A stretch of 64,000 bases of DNA from Callorhinchus milii (Eukaryota): contig NW_024704743.1 in the NCBI RefSeq assembly GCF_018977255.1, forward strand, positions 4,900,001 to 4,964,000, given 5' to 3'. A program made the translations under genes and the position numbers. The notes under the pieces are model-generated. The model was not told where the DNA came from and did no database searches. It saw only the letters and a list, made by a program, of their open reading frames with translations. Shown here piece after piece: positions 38,891-52,590 of this stretch (positions are counted from its first letter, which is position 1; each line of letters begins with the position of its first letter).

Positions 38891-39200
38891 ACAATATGAC
38901 TGTTTGTGGTTATACTGCTGTTGTTTTTTCCCGCAAAAAAAAATACAATCACTCCACTTTCCAATACATCCTGTGAAGCACTTTAAGACATCCTCCCGAC
39001 GTCTATACCAAATGTAAGCATTATTCTTATTGCTGTATTTGTACAGTGAAGATAAATGACATTGAGAGGAACGGGTGTCCATTCCCAACCTGCAGACACG
39101 ATGAGTAAGATAGCATTTATTTTAACGATGGGATAAAATGTTCAGCAGGTCTTTGATAAACAAGAGCTCCCAAAGGATCCTCTTTTTACATTAATAATGC

Positions 39201-39501
39201 TAATAATCCTTGCATTTGATGTAGCGCTTTTCATGTCTTCTAAATGTCTCAAAGCGCTTCACACTGAAAGTGAATTGACTGTATATTTGTGGGTGAAACG
39301 CGGCAGCCAATTGCGCACAGCAGCGTCCCACACGCAGTCGTGGATTGAGTGACCAAATTCTTCTTTTTTTTTCTTCTTGAGGGATTATTATCAGGCGTGT
39401 GGAGTAAGGAAACTTGCCCAAGGTTTCGCCCCCTGCCAGGAATCAAACCCAAGTTCCTCGCTTGAGAGGCGAGTTCACTAACCACTGAGCTACAGAACTC
39501 C
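39201..39501 (-). mobile_element. SINE-A short variant
   Basis: Full family match on the minus strand; a truncated copy also at about 37255-37402. Confidence 0.9.
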
Positions 39502-40004
39502 ACAAATCTTTCACATCATAATTGCTTCTCTTCCTTTCACATTGCCCTAAGGTGAGCTACCCACACGCTTGTGTAATCCTGCTTATTTGTAAAATATTGT
39601 TGCGGCTTTCACCACTTTTAAGGCACAGTTGAGTGATGTTAGCCTGCGGCGACCAATGCACCGAATTGTATTCTCCGTCTTGCAAAAGGTTTAAAAGGAA
39701 GAATTTCTTTTCACGAAAACATAGACATCAGTGGAGTTTATATGTAAAAACTTTCACATCCTTCCGTCGTGAAAGGTGGGATACAATTATAAAATCGGAG
39801 ATGTTTTTGTGAGTTCATAGGCTATGCTGGAAGATTAATGCATACCTTGAGTTATCCCTATTTTGATCCGTGTGTAGAATTTCACCAATTTTGTTTCCAT
39901 TCGATCCATCGGATCCCGAGCAAAATCCATTTCAGAAACGCAAACCTACTTACATATTTATCAGGATTTAAGGTCACCAAAATGATGCTGCTTCTCAGGT
40001 GTTT

Positions 40005-41030
40005 CACCCACCTCGCTCGCCCCACCATTGGCGGGCGGGCCTTCAACCTCTCTGCCCCACCCTCTGGAACTCCATCCCACAGTCCCTCCACCTCAACCCC
40101 TCCCTTGCCTCCTTCAAGACCCGCCTCAAAGAAGGCCTTTGGTCACCTTCTTAGCCCTACCCTTCCCGCCCTCCACCCCTCCTGATCCCAACCATCAGCT
40201 CAGGTGTGGATCTCTGACTGTCCAGCGCTTTGGGATGTCCTCCTGACGTGAAAAGGCACTATATAAATGGAAGTTGCTGTAGTTTTGTTCTTTGCACATA
40301 AGCCCCGCTCAATGGTTGCATGTATAGCTACTTATAAATGAGGCAGAATGTATATTAGCTTTCAAAAGGGAACTAGCTAGAGACCTAAAGAGGAGTAAAG
40401 TACAATACAAAATACAATATAATGCTACATTTGTATAGCAGCGCTTTTCATGTCGGGCGGACGTCCCAAGGCGCTGGACAGTGAAGGATATGGACCCAAG
40501 CAGGCGGTGGGGTGGGTGGGCTTGGGATAAGGGAGAGTGTAGGGCAGAGAGGGTGGCAGAAGGCACAGTTGAAGAAGAGGATCTTGAGATGCACCTTGCA
40601 GGAGTCAAGGGAGGGAGTGGAGAGAAGGGACTGTGGGATGGAATTCCAAAGGATGGGGGCAGAGAGGCTGAAGGCGCGACCGCTGATGGTGGGGGCAGGC
40701 CGGGCGGGGGACATGGAGCAGGCCAGAGCCTGCTGAGCGCAGGGAGCGTACAGGTTGATATGGGGCAGCAGGTCAGAGAGGTAGGAAAGAACAAAGCCAT
40801 GGAGGGCCTTGAAGATGAGGACGAGGATTTTGAACTCTATCCTCTGGGGGATGGGGAGCCAGTGGAGCTGGGTGAGGGTGGGGGTGATGGGGTGTCGGAG
40901 CCTGGTGTGGGAAAGAGAGGACACGAGGGAAAAGTTAGGAAGGCTGACAAGCAGGGAGTTGGCGTAGTCGAGCCTTGACGTAATGAAAGCGTGTATGAGG
41001 GCTTCGGCGGCCTGAGGGGTGAGGCAGTGG
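40005..41030. mobile_element. Two L2 3' fragments in tail-to-tail orientation (+ 40005-40280; - 40425-41030)
   Basis: [38 protein letters not shown] in ORF 40448-41155. Confidence 0.9.
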
Positions 41031-41390
41031 CGATACAGCACCTTATCACGTCTTCGAGACGTCTCAAAGCGCTTCACAGAATATACCGTAAAGCAAATTG
41101 ACTGTATATTTTGTGGGCAAAACACGGCAGCCAATTGTCCACGGCAGTGTCCCACAAACAGTCGTGCATTGAGTGGTCAATTTATTATTATTATTTTTTT
41201 TGAGGGGAATATTATCCCCGGCAAAGCGATCCGCCAATTGATTAACGACCGGGTTCCTACTTATTGCTGAGTAAACAGAGGTGCGTGGAGTAAGGAAACT
41301 TGCCCAACGTTTCTCTCTGCCTGGGAATCGAACCCAAGTCTCTCGCCTGAGTGGCGAGTGCCGTAACCACTGAGCGAGCCACAGGAATCT
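41030..41390 (-). mobile_element. SINE-A long variant
   Basis: Head, central block and body. Confidence 0.85.
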
Positions 41391-42299
41391 ACTGGATTAA
41401 TCGTACTTTCGCTCTATTTTCTCTCAGATTCATCATCTCTCTGTTTACACAGCCCTTTTTTAGATCTTACATGATGGAAACTTTGTTTAAAAGATTCTGA
41501 CACTGCATGCATATCAGTCCTGAAAAATGACAGCAACGTTCAGTGTGGAGTTTCTGTCTGGAAATCGTGAAGGCGCCAGATAATCATCTTTCATGCTTCT
41601 TAACAAATTGTGTGATTATGTATTTTGTAATTGTTTTTTTCTTTGAAACAAGTGCCTCTTTTTACCCCGTTACCAATCAATATACGCGCGAGAGAGGAGA
41701 AATATTATAACGTTACTGACCCTACGGGTTCCAAACCATCCCAAGGCCAATATTCGAGAAAGAGAACAGAAGCGGATGAATAGGGGGCCAGCAAAGCCCC
41801 ACATAAATTATACTTTTTCTTAACAAAAGCTATATTTATTGGCCGATGTATATTTACGCTTATCTCAGAATGAATCAAAAACCTGTCACAGAAAAATGAG
41901 ACGCAACACGCTGACAGACCCGACTCCTTGTACCTCCTCGAGTTCCTCCCTGACATCAGTCCCCTCAACTGCTGCCGTATTCTCGTGTCAAGGTTGTGAG
42001 TTCAAGCCCCACGTCCCTCGGTCTTTGGAATCAGCGGGATATTTTACACTCTCCAGCGCGCTTTTCCTCCTTCCTGTTTTACTTCATTTCATCTTGGGGG
42101 GGAAAAAAACCATTCAGGAAGAGCAAACAACTCACAAGTTCCCGAGAAGAGCTGTGGAAAAAAACAGCTCTTGCATTAAAACGGAATTTAACAATTTTAC
42201 AAGTTTCTGCCAATCTTAAGTCCTAATGCAATGGTTTAGGTTCTGTTAAGGAATCCTATTAAGCAGCACAAACAAATAAGTCCTCTTTTAGAATAAAAA

Positions 42300-42617
42300 A
42301 AATCCCCTTATTTGACGTGGGCAAATCATCTCAAAGCATTTAACAGGATTTATCTGTAAAGAGGGGGTGATTGTGTGTTTTTCAGGCAAGTCAGGCAGCC
42401 AATGTCCCACAAACAGCCAAGAACTTAATGTGACAATTGTATCTGGGGGATTGTTGGTGATGACACCAGGAAATATTCCCTTCTTTTTAAACAGAGCCAT
42501 GGAATTTTTAATGTACATCTGAACAGGGAGATAAGACCTCGATTTAACGTATCATCCAAAGGACATCACCTCCGCCAACACAGCTCTCCTCGAGCACTGC
42601 ACTGGAGTATCAGCCTG
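42300..42617 (-). mobile_element. Deu-type SINE fragment
   Basis: caccaggaaa...gccatggaattttta...cctcgatttaacgtatcatcc...cactggagtatcagcc. Confidence 0.7.
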
Positions 42618-44551
42618 ATGTCAGGCTCTCGATTTCAAGATCCTCACACTCATCTTCAAATCCCTTCATGCCCTGGCACCTCCTTACCTCTCCGACCTGC
42701 CTTGCTCCCCAACCCTTTGCCTCTGCTCTGCTGGCTCTGGCCTCCTGCTTGTCCCTTGTGCCCTCCGTACCACCATCGGTGGCTGCTCCTTATAAAAATA
42801 ATAATAATCCTTGCATTTGATGAAGCGGCTTATCACATCTTCGCGTCACAGTGAATTGACTGCATACTCTGTGAGCTTTTAGCCACTACGCGCTGAGACT
42901 CTGGAACACTCTCCCTCAATCCCTCCTCCTTGCTCTCTCCTTCCCCATCTTCGGGTCGGGCCTGAAGATCTTCCTGTTCGACTGTGCTTACAGTCACCTC
43001 CCCCTGGGCTCGGCGTAATACTCTCGGATATAGTACGGGGGCGCTATATAAATGCAAGTAGTTGTTGTTGTTAATAAAGAAACAGGAAGAGCCCCAGCAC
43101 AGAACCTTATGGCATCCTGAGTGGATTAAAAATATAGATTTAGATGAGGAGAATACATTTACCCAATTTACCCGGAGCAAAGTCAAGCACTGTCAAGCGC
43201 TCTGGTGATGCTATATAAATGCAAGTAGTTGTTGTTGTTGTTGAGGTTTGAACCCATGACAATCTGCCTCGGAGACAGACATCAGCGCTGCCAACTGAAC
43301 CAGGCCAACACCTGGGGTCTCCTTAATATCAAGTAGGTGTACATAAGGAGCGATATTGAAAGCCACACTGTACATCTCTAAGAGATATGTTAAGTGCTGA
43401 GAATTGGCTGTGTGCGCGACAGGCAGCCAAACTGTGCTCCCTTTTTACTGAGAGCAGAGCCGGGGAGGGGGAGGATGATTTATTGAGGGCAGAGGGAGGA
43501 GACAGTGATGGCCAACAGGGAAAAGGGATTAACAACAATTGCGATGTGGAAAGAGCGTTGTGAACACACGCACATGCTTGCGGTCCTAGTCAAATTGTAA
43601 CAAGCCCCTTGGAGACGTCATCGGAACTAACAGGAATGCCCTGATCCCAAAGATCATTTTATATAGAGCTTTTACACAGCAGTCCTTCATTAGATTCCAG
43701 TTCCCTTTGTGGGTTGGCTTCATCTGGTCTATGATGCCCCTGGAAAAGCTCCTTAAAGAGATCTGGATTGAACGCGTTTATTTCTTTACGATGAATTCTT
43801 TCAGCAAGAGGATTAAGTTCTGCTTTACAGGAATGCCAGTACTGACAACATGACAGATGAGAGCCGTTGTTCCCCCCCATTTTTCTCCACCTCCCCCCAC
43901 CACCCCCCCACCCCATTTTTCGGAAAGTTCTCGCCAGCGTTGGGATTCAAATTAGGATTCAGTTGGCAATAACAATACAAAATAGTTGCGAGTTTAATTG
44001 GAACAGGTGGGTTGCATGGAAATCTCAGCTTGGTTTGGATACTCTGAAGCATGGTGATGAGTTTCCGCATGTGTCAGACACCCGGCTGAACAAAGACAAG
44101 TCTAACCAACTAAAACCGTATAGCTTGCCATTGATATTGCTGTCTGGCAAGCTTTCCTGCTGCTTGTTCAGCTACGACCACATATAAGTGGGGATCAGGA
44201 ACCCATGCGTAGGATATTGCCTATCGAGTCTCCGAGCTCAAACCCAATCCATCGTGCACTGTTGATTCCACTTGAGGACACTAAAGAATCACAAATTAAA
44301 TGGTTTGGGGAAAGCTTCAACACACTTCTTGATAGATACAGGAACTGTACGTTTGCAACAAATGGTGTAGGTTTGTGTCTGATGTTCGACACAGAAAACC
44401 TAGGCATGCTTGACCATCGTTGCTATTTCAATTCAGTGCCTCCAAATATTTTCACGATAAAGGTACTATATTAAATGCAAGGATTATTTATATTGTTAAT
44501 ATTATGATATTCCCTGTCTTCACTAGTTTCATAGCCTCTCATTTATGTTGC

Positions 44552-44878
44552 AGGAGTCCTGTAGCTCAGCGGTTAGAGCACTCGCTTTGCAAGTGAGAGA
44601 CCTGAATTCAATTCCAGGCAGAGGGCGAAACCTTGGGCAAGTTTCCTTACTCCACACAGAGCCTAATAATAATCCCTCCAAAACCAAAAACAATAATAAA
44701 AATTGGTCATTTTCAATCTACAACTGTTTGTGGGACATTGCTGTGCGCAATTGGCTGCCGCGTTCGCCCACAAATATACAGTCAATTCACTTTACAGTGT
44801 GTTCTGTGAAGCGCTTTGGGACGTCCTTCCGACGTGAAAAGCGCTATATCAAATGCAAGGATTATTATTATTATTATT
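44552..44878 (+). mobile_element. SINE-A third variant (ccacacagagcctaataat junction, L2-identical tail)
   Basis: Diagnostic sites shared with 54762-55070 (-) and 59442-59652 (+). Confidence 0.9.
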
Positions 44879-45354
44879 AGGAAGTATCAACCCGGAGTAA
44901 AAATACCGCTAAGCATATCTTTATGTATGAGTGAGGGCACTCAAAATACTGTGAGTCATTGCTGAATGATCTAAACCCAGTAAATGTAAGTAAATGGGCT
45001 AAAGAGAAGCCATTATTCTTTTTTGGCCTTATCTGAAGGAACATTGGTGTGCTATACATACAACATCCAACTGAGGGAATTGTTATACTAAAGATTATAC
45101 ATGGGCAGAAATACCATGTGGTCAAGATTTAAAATTTAATAAAATAAACGCATCTAATATAACATCTTTCACGCTGATAGACATCTCAAAGCATTTACTG
45201 TAAAGTGCAGGGACTGTGTATTTCGTAGGTGAACGTGGCTTCAGGAGAAACGCCTTTCTCTTTTTGAGTCGTGCCATAGGATCTTTAACATCCACTTGAA
45301 GAGGCAGACAATATCTCCAACAATGAATGCAGTGCTCGCTCGCTATTGTATTGT

Positions 45355-45766
45355 ATTTGCCTTGCTCCCTCCTACCTCTCCAACCTACTATCCCCCTACC
45401 TACCTGCCCGTACCCTCCGTTCCTCTGGCTCCGGTCTGCTCCACGTCCCCCGCCCCAACCGCCCTACCATCGGTGGTCGGGCCTTCAGCCTCTCAGCCCC
45501 CAGGCTCTGGAACTCCATCCCCCAGTGCCTTCGCCGCTTCCTCCCTTTCCTCCTTCAAGGCCGGTCTCAAAACCTTTCTCTTTGACCGTGCCTTCAGCTC
45601 CCCTCTCGACTCTCTTCCCCCTCCTCTCTCCCTCCCTTCCCTCCCCTCACCCTGACCATTTCCCCCCTGCTCGGGTCATGACCCAACTGTGCAGCGCCTT
45701 GGGACGTCCTCCTGACGTGAAAGGCGCTCTATAAATGGAATCTTGTTGTTGTTGTTGTTGTTGTTG
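45355..45766 (+). mobile_element. Young L2 3' fragment
   Basis: LAPSYLSNLLSPY...[12 protein letters not shown]...APRLWNSIP; near-identical to 61686-61904 and 63601-64000. Confidence 0.92.
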
Positions 45767-46365
45767 TATTTGCGTGTTACCTTAGCCTGCAAGTTCAGAG
45801 TCCCAACGTGAGCTACTCAATCAGCCACGCTGACACTTTCCTATTTTTCGACTTACTTACCCTCATTTTCATCATATTCCTTAACACATTTACCACCCAC
45901 ACGTCTATCTCCATCACAATATTCCACTTAGCTCTAAGTGGGTTAAGTTACTGGGCATCCAAACACCAGAGCTGAAGCATTTTTTAAAAAATCATCCAAA
46001 TAGTCTTCTAATTCCGTGCCATTCGTAGATTTAACAAAAGATCGACTTCACTTCACTTCTAGGTTACACAGAGAAATAAATACAGTGCCTCAGTGGACTG
46101 TTCATAAATCCTGGCCATTCCTGCAATATTTATTGCTCTTTGGAGTCAATTTATTCCACGAAAGAGTTTAAATGTTATAAAATGGGAAATTAGTTGCATA
46201 AATGGTAATCCTGTCCTTACCTTCAAATTGCTTCACAGCCTCGCCTCTCCCTTATAATTTAGAACTCCCTCGTCGAGTGCTGTAGTATAGTACTTAGCAT
46301 ATTTGCCTTGTGAGCGAGAGGACCGGGTTTGAAACCACAGGCAAGTTTCCTTACTCCACACGCCT

Positions 46366-47586
46366 ACTCCAAACGGTATCCTCTCTATCTGTGACCAGGG
46401 CTCCCTCTGCCTCCTCATCCTCCTGGACCTCTCCGCCATGTTCGACACAGTCGATCACACCATCCTCCTCCACCGCCTCTCCTCCATCATCCATCTCAGT
46501 GAGACCGCACTCACACTTGGTTCGAGTCCTACCTTACAAACCGCCAGCACTACATTTATGCAAATGGTTTTTCTTCTCGTCCCCGCCCGGTCACCTGTGG
46601 GGTACCCTAAGACTCCATCCTTGGCCCCCTTCTCTCCCTCATCTATACGCTCCCTCTCGATGATGTCATCCGCAGACACGGGGTTAACTTCCACATGTAT
46701 GCGGATGACACTCAATTCTACTTTTCCATCTCCAGCTGCGACTCCCAGTCCCCTGATGTTCTATCGGCTTATCTGTCGGACATCAGGAGCTGACTGAGCG
46801 CAAATGTCCTGCAGTTAAAAGTCAACAATATTCTTTGGCCCTCGCCAACGTCTTCTGTCTCACTGCTCCGACCTCCTCAACCTACCCGATCTGTCCTTAA
46901 AACTCTCTGAACCCGTGCGCAACTTAGGTGTCAGGTTCGATCCCCGGTTATCCTTCCTCCCCCACATCTCGTCCCTGACCAGCATTGCATTCTTCCACCT
47001 CCGCCACATTGCCCATCTCCAACAATACCTCACTCCATAAGCTGCCGAAACCCTTGTCCCGGCCTTTGTCACCTCTTGGCTGGACTACTCTAACGCCCTC
47101 CTCGCCGATCTCCCCCCCTCCGCTATTCACAAAATTCAGCTCATTCTCACCCGCACCAAACTTCGTACCCCAATTACTCCAGTCATTGCCAAACTCCACT
47201 GGCTCCCTGTCACAGAGGGGATCGACTTCAAGATCCTCACTCTAGTGTTTAAATCCCTCCACGCCTTGGCAACCCCCCATCTCTCTAACCTCCTCTCTCC
47301 CCACAGCAGTACCTGCTGCCCCTACGTCCCCCGAATCCTCCGCTCCACCATCGGCAGCCGTGCCTTCAGCCACTATCGCCCGAAGCTTTGGAACTCCCTC
47401 CCTCAACCCCTTCGTCTCGTCCCCTCCTTCCCCATCTTCAGGTGGCGCCTGAAGACCTACCTTTTCGACCGTGCCTACGTTCACCTTCCTCCTCCCTCTG
47501 GCTCGGCCTTGGGCTCCAACATTGTTAAGCACTCTGAGACACCGCCCGACGTGGAGGGCGCTATATAAATCCAAGTTGTTGTTGTT
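46366..47586 (+). mobile_element. 5'-truncated L2 LINE with partial reverse transcriptase (pseudogenised)
   Basis: LILLDLSAMFDTVDH (about 46414-46458), catalytic YADDTQ (46698-46715), frameshifts and stops, (gtt)n tail; flanked by gcct duplication inside a SINE-A (46278-46365 and 47587-47840). Confidence 0.93.
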
Positions 47587-48399
47587 GCCTCTGTTTACCA
47601 GCGGTAAGTAGGAACCAGTTGTTAGTCGATTGGCGGAATGCTTTCCGAGGGTAATAATCCCTCCAAAACAAATGCTCACTCAATCCACGACTGTTTGTGG
47701 GACACTACTGTGCACAATTGGCTGCCGCATTTTGCTCACAAGATACACAGTCAATTCACTTTACAGTATATTCTGTGAAGCGCTTTGAGACGTCTCAACG
47801 ACGTGATGCGGGGCTATATCGAATGGAAGGATTATTATACAACAGTAAGTTACAGCTTCAGAGCTGTCAGTCAGGACACTTCACAGATCTCTTCACATGA
47901 TATACTGTGAATCCAATCTCTTAAAGCCTTATTATCCTGCCTGTACCCTCTGCTCTTTTGCAATTGGCGTACAATACGACTTGCTCCTCATTCTTTCAAC
48001 AATACAATTCCCATTTATATAAGGTCTTTCACATTGGGAGGACGTCTCAAAGTGCTTCAGAATGCCAGCTGGGCACCTAAGCTGGGAGTGGGTGCTGAGT
48101 GTGGGGTGATGGTGGGGAGGATTTCTATTTAATCACTGATCACTTATCTTCTGGAACTATCTTCCAAAATCGTTTCCCCTTGCTTCGTCTCAAGCTACGT
48201 CATCCTTCAATCTCCCTTTTCCCTGCTCGGTGCCCTCTATTATTAATTTGTAAAGGGTTTCGAGACATTTACCCTGTGTAGATGGTGATTATGTGAGTGC
48301 ACAGTGTTGTTCAAAAGTGCTGAAAAGCTTTTACAAAGGAATTATATGCGATGACGGGAAGGTCGTATTTGTTAGGTTTATGGGGGAGAAATTCCACTG

Positions 48400-48850
48400 G
48401 TGTCAGCCTGGCTTAGTTGATAGCAATCTTGCCTCTGAGTCACAAGGTTGTGGGTTCAAGTACCACATCCTGACTTTTAAATTCATAATGTCTAGGCTGA
48501 CCCTCCAATGCCAAGGCTGGGTGCGGAGCTATGCATTTGTTAGGGCTGTCTTCCTTTGGATGAGATGTTAAACCAGGGTCTGACCTGCTTGTTCGGGTGG
48601 ATTTAAAGATCCCAGGCACTATTCAAAATAGTTATTTCTCCCAGTGCCCTGGCCAAGAATCATAGAATCGCAGAGCACAGAAGGAGGCCATTCGGCCCAT
48701 CGTGTCTGTGCCGTTTCTTTGAAAAGAGCCATCCAAATTAATCCCACTGCCCCACTCTCTCCCCATAGCCCTGCAAACTTGTCCTCCCCAAATAATGATC
48801 TGCTTCTCCCTTAGAAGTTGTGACCAAATCGGCTTCCACCACCTTTTCAG
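48400..48850. mobile_element. Deu-type SINE (+, 48400-48655) interrupted by a CR1 3' end (-, 48655-48850)
   Basis: gtcagcctggcttagttgatagca head; catagaatc..cagaaggaggccattcggccc. Confidence 0.75.
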
Positions 48851-49730
48851 GCAAGGCAATCCACCAAATAAAATTTTGCCATGGCTGTTTGTGGGACATT
48901 ACTGTACTCGAATTAGCCCAGTCACTGCAATTGACAGTAAATCCTGCGAAGCGTTTTGTGACGTCCTCCTGACGTGAAAGACGCTGCATCAAATGAAAAG
49001 TTTCTTTTGAAAAAAAATGACGTTTAACCTATTCTGGTGAAGGGAGAGAATCTGCGGAGGCATAAAAATTAAGCAAAGAAAAAAAAAGCCAGCTACAATA
49101 CGAAAAAAACGGAAGAAATATTCACTAAGCGCTCTAGAAACGTAAGATCCGAACCACATCATGAAAGTGACCGGCCCATTGTTACAACTCTAATCTCCTG
49201 AAATCAATTTTCCCCCTAATGGAGGAGGAACCTTCATCTCCTTGTTATCTAATGGGTGATTCTATCATAATGTTGGCAACGGATGACAAATCTGCCACAT
49301 GATTCACACTCACACAATGTCACAGCAACCATCTCATTTACTGCGCTGTGATTAAATGTCTTCAACTGCGCAGCCAGTTACTGTCTCATTGACTCCTGAC
49401 TAATGAAGATTATTCATTTAACGGCAATAATGATGGACGGTGCCACGAAATCCAGTGACCAAAAATGAATCATACCTCACTCGCGGAACGTTGCTCCCAG
49501 AGCAATGTATTTATCTTTGAAGAGTGCAGGCGCCGTTCGACAATTGAGAATATTTTAGCCGCTGAGAAGCTAAATCTCTATGGCGATGAATGGTTTGAAG
49601 TGATTATCGAGGGCCGGAGAGAGTGAAAAGTGTTGTTCGAGTACTTTGTTGTCATCTCAGTCCCAGAAGGAGATAGCTTCCATTGCAATGCTCCCACCTA
49701 TTTGTTATTTTCTTATGTGGCATTGTCATG

Positions 49731-50081
49731 ATAATAATTAACCTTGCATTTGATATAGCGCCTTATCATGTCTTGGAGACGTCTCAAAGCGCTTCACAGA
49801 ATATACTGTAAAGTAAATTGACTGTATATTTTGTGGATGAAACGTGGCAGCCAATTGCACACAGCAGCGTCCCCACAAACAGTCATGGATTGAAGTGACC
49901 AATTTATTATTATTTTTTTGAAGGAATTATTACAAAGCAACCTGCTAATCGACTAACAACCGGGTTCCTGCTTACTGCTAGGTAAACAGAGGTATGTAGA
50001 ATAAGGAAACTTGCCCAATGTTTCGCCCTGCCGAGAATCGAACCCAGGTCTCTCGCTCTAACCACTGAGCTACAGGACTCC
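49731..50081 (-). mobile_element. SINE-A long variant
   Basis: Family match with a deletion in the anticodon arm. Confidence 0.88.
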
Positions 50082-51654
50082 ACTCATGCATAAGTTCGTT
50101 GCCTTATCTTCATCCATATGGAAAGAAGTTCTGTCGCTATCCTGTGTCAGACATTGACGGTTAGGATAATTTGTTCCTTTACAGCATGATGATATCATTA
50201 AACGATTGAATTGCGACAGACCCACTCCATTTGAAACTCGATCTTTAGTTTAATACAGATAAATGTCAGGTACCACGTAAAGGAAGCAATATTTTTTTGG
50301 GAGTGGGCGGGGGTGGTCAGCCAAGTGTCATTTTCGGAACGTGCGGAAAAACCCATCACCGTGCTTAAGAGAATCCAAACCAAATTGAGAGCAGTTAAAG
50401 TTCCAGTTCATCTTGTTCATTGCTGCCCGACACTATCTGCTGAACAAAGAGCCGTTTAACACCTTCCCTCTCACCTCCCAGTCTCTTTCAACTTCACGCT
50501 GCTAAGGTTCAATCCTACGTCTCTTATTTGTCCCTCTTGTATTCAGTACTTTTAAGACTTAATAGTCCTCCTCCTCCTCCTCGTGTTCAAATCCCTTCAC
50601 TCCCTGGCACATCCCCACCTCTCCGGCCTCCTCGATTGGCTCGGTGGCCTCCTTCTGCACTGTCAATTTCTAATGATTCAATGTGTACTGAACTTCATTG
50701 CATTTTTGTTTGGGAGAAAAAGAGACTGACATTTCTCTTTGAAGTTTCCGTATTTCCAAATTTCCATATTTTGCCGATTCAAAAGTAGAGGAGTAAAAAT
50801 ACTTTGTGATAGTTCTCAACATCGCTCCTTTAAAGACGAGTTCGAGTCACGAATGGGAAATCCTAACAGTGCATCGGACTGATTCCCGGGGGCCCGACTG
50901 CAATGAAACTGCAAAGTAAATGCGACACGACACAATAAAGATTTATCTTTATATAATGCCTTTCGTGTTGGGAGCACATCCTAAGTTGCTTAGCAGTCTT
51001 GGCTGAGGGTGGGAACCGAGGGAGATTGGGAGGGGAAAGGTGACCGAAAGCCCAATCGAAAGCTAGGAATCCTATTAGGAAATATTGCAAAATATACCTC
51101 AAAATAGCTCACACATGACTTAGTAGACTAAGGGGATTCTAGTTCTGTGGTTAGGAACTGGTGTGAACCAAAGGAAACGTGTTGATGTAAATTAAGATCA
51201 ATTATGCTTCTCAAGACAACCATGTCCTGATGTCCTCAAATTTTCCATAAGAAGCTCATTTTCTCTAGATTAATTACAAATAGATGATATTGTCATAAAA
51301 TTATGTTCTGAACCCAATTTCTTGAGCAAAATATGTCAAAGCATATCATATCGACAACTTGCTGCGTCGGTAGTGATACTGACACTGAAACGAAGGCAGT
51401 TTCTCTCTCTCGGTGTCTAGGCCAACAATCCTCCAGATAGTAAATTAAGTCAAATTAAATCAATCGCTTTGCGGCTGCTTGTGGCACATTGCTGCGCATA
51501 AATTGGCTGCCATGTTCGCCTGCAAAGTATACAATCACCAGGATTCACAGCAAAAATCCGCGTGCGTGTATCTGTGTGCGTATCTGGTCATTACACTTGA
51601 AATGTTTCAACGATATGATACAATGCTCTATCAAATGCAAGGATTATTTATTAT

Positions 51655-51850
51655 TCTTGCCTAATAATAATCCCTCAAGAAAAAAAACAATAATAAATTG
51701 GTCACTTCAATCCACGACTGTTTGTGGGATGTGCGCAATTTGGCTGCCGCATTTCGCCCACAAATATACAGTCAATCCACTTTACAGTATACTCTGTGAA
51801 GCGCTTTGAGATGTCCAGAAGACGTGAAAAGTGCTATATCAAATGCAAGG

Positions 51851-51893
<43 letters not shown>

Positions 51894-52590
51894 CTGAGTC
51901 TGCCATAGGATATATATTTGCCGTAGGATTATATATGATATCCATTTTTGATATACAGACATCTGCTGCTCAAGCTCTGAGGTTCAAACTGGTAGAACCA
52001 CCCCTCAATAAATAGGGATGTGTGTCCGATTTGCGGATAGGAGGACGGTGGAGAGGCTCTGATGCATTTCGGCTGAACTGTGCTGCTCACCAAGAGCCTT
52101 ACAGGAAGTTCTTAGTATCTGCCATCCACCAACTGAGAGCTGGATGTGTGCTTGGCAGATGTTTAATGACCGACTAGTACCGATCCTCTGGGAGGAAGCA
52201 GGGTCTCCTTCACGTTGAACTTTTCGTGGAATCCTGTAGCTCAGTGGTTAGGGCACTCGCCTCCCAAAACGACAGATCTGGTTTCGATTCCCGGGCAGGG
52301 CAGCATTGGGCAAGTTTTCTTATTCCATACGCCTCTGTTTACCTAGCAGTAAGTAGGAACCCGGTTGTTAGTCGATTGGTGGTTCGCTTTTCCAGAGGTA
52401 ATAATTCCTAAAGGAAAATAAAAATTGATCCCTCAATCCACGACTGTTTGTGGGGACGCTGCTGTGCGCAATCGCCTGCCGCGTTTCGCCCACAAAATAT
52501 AGTCAATTCGCTTTACAGTATATTCTGGGAAGTGCTTTGAGACGTCTCAAAGCGCTATATCAAACGCAAAGATTATTATATTATATTATT
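51655..52590 (+). mobile_element. Two SINE-A copies (51655-51892 truncated with a long ATT tail; 52228-52590 long variant)
   Basis: Family motifs as above. Confidence 0.85.

Noticed and set aside
41652..41783. Possible terminal exon (…REEKYYNVTDPTGSKPSQ…)
   Set aside because: Weak AAG acceptor, no recognisable homology and no partner exons
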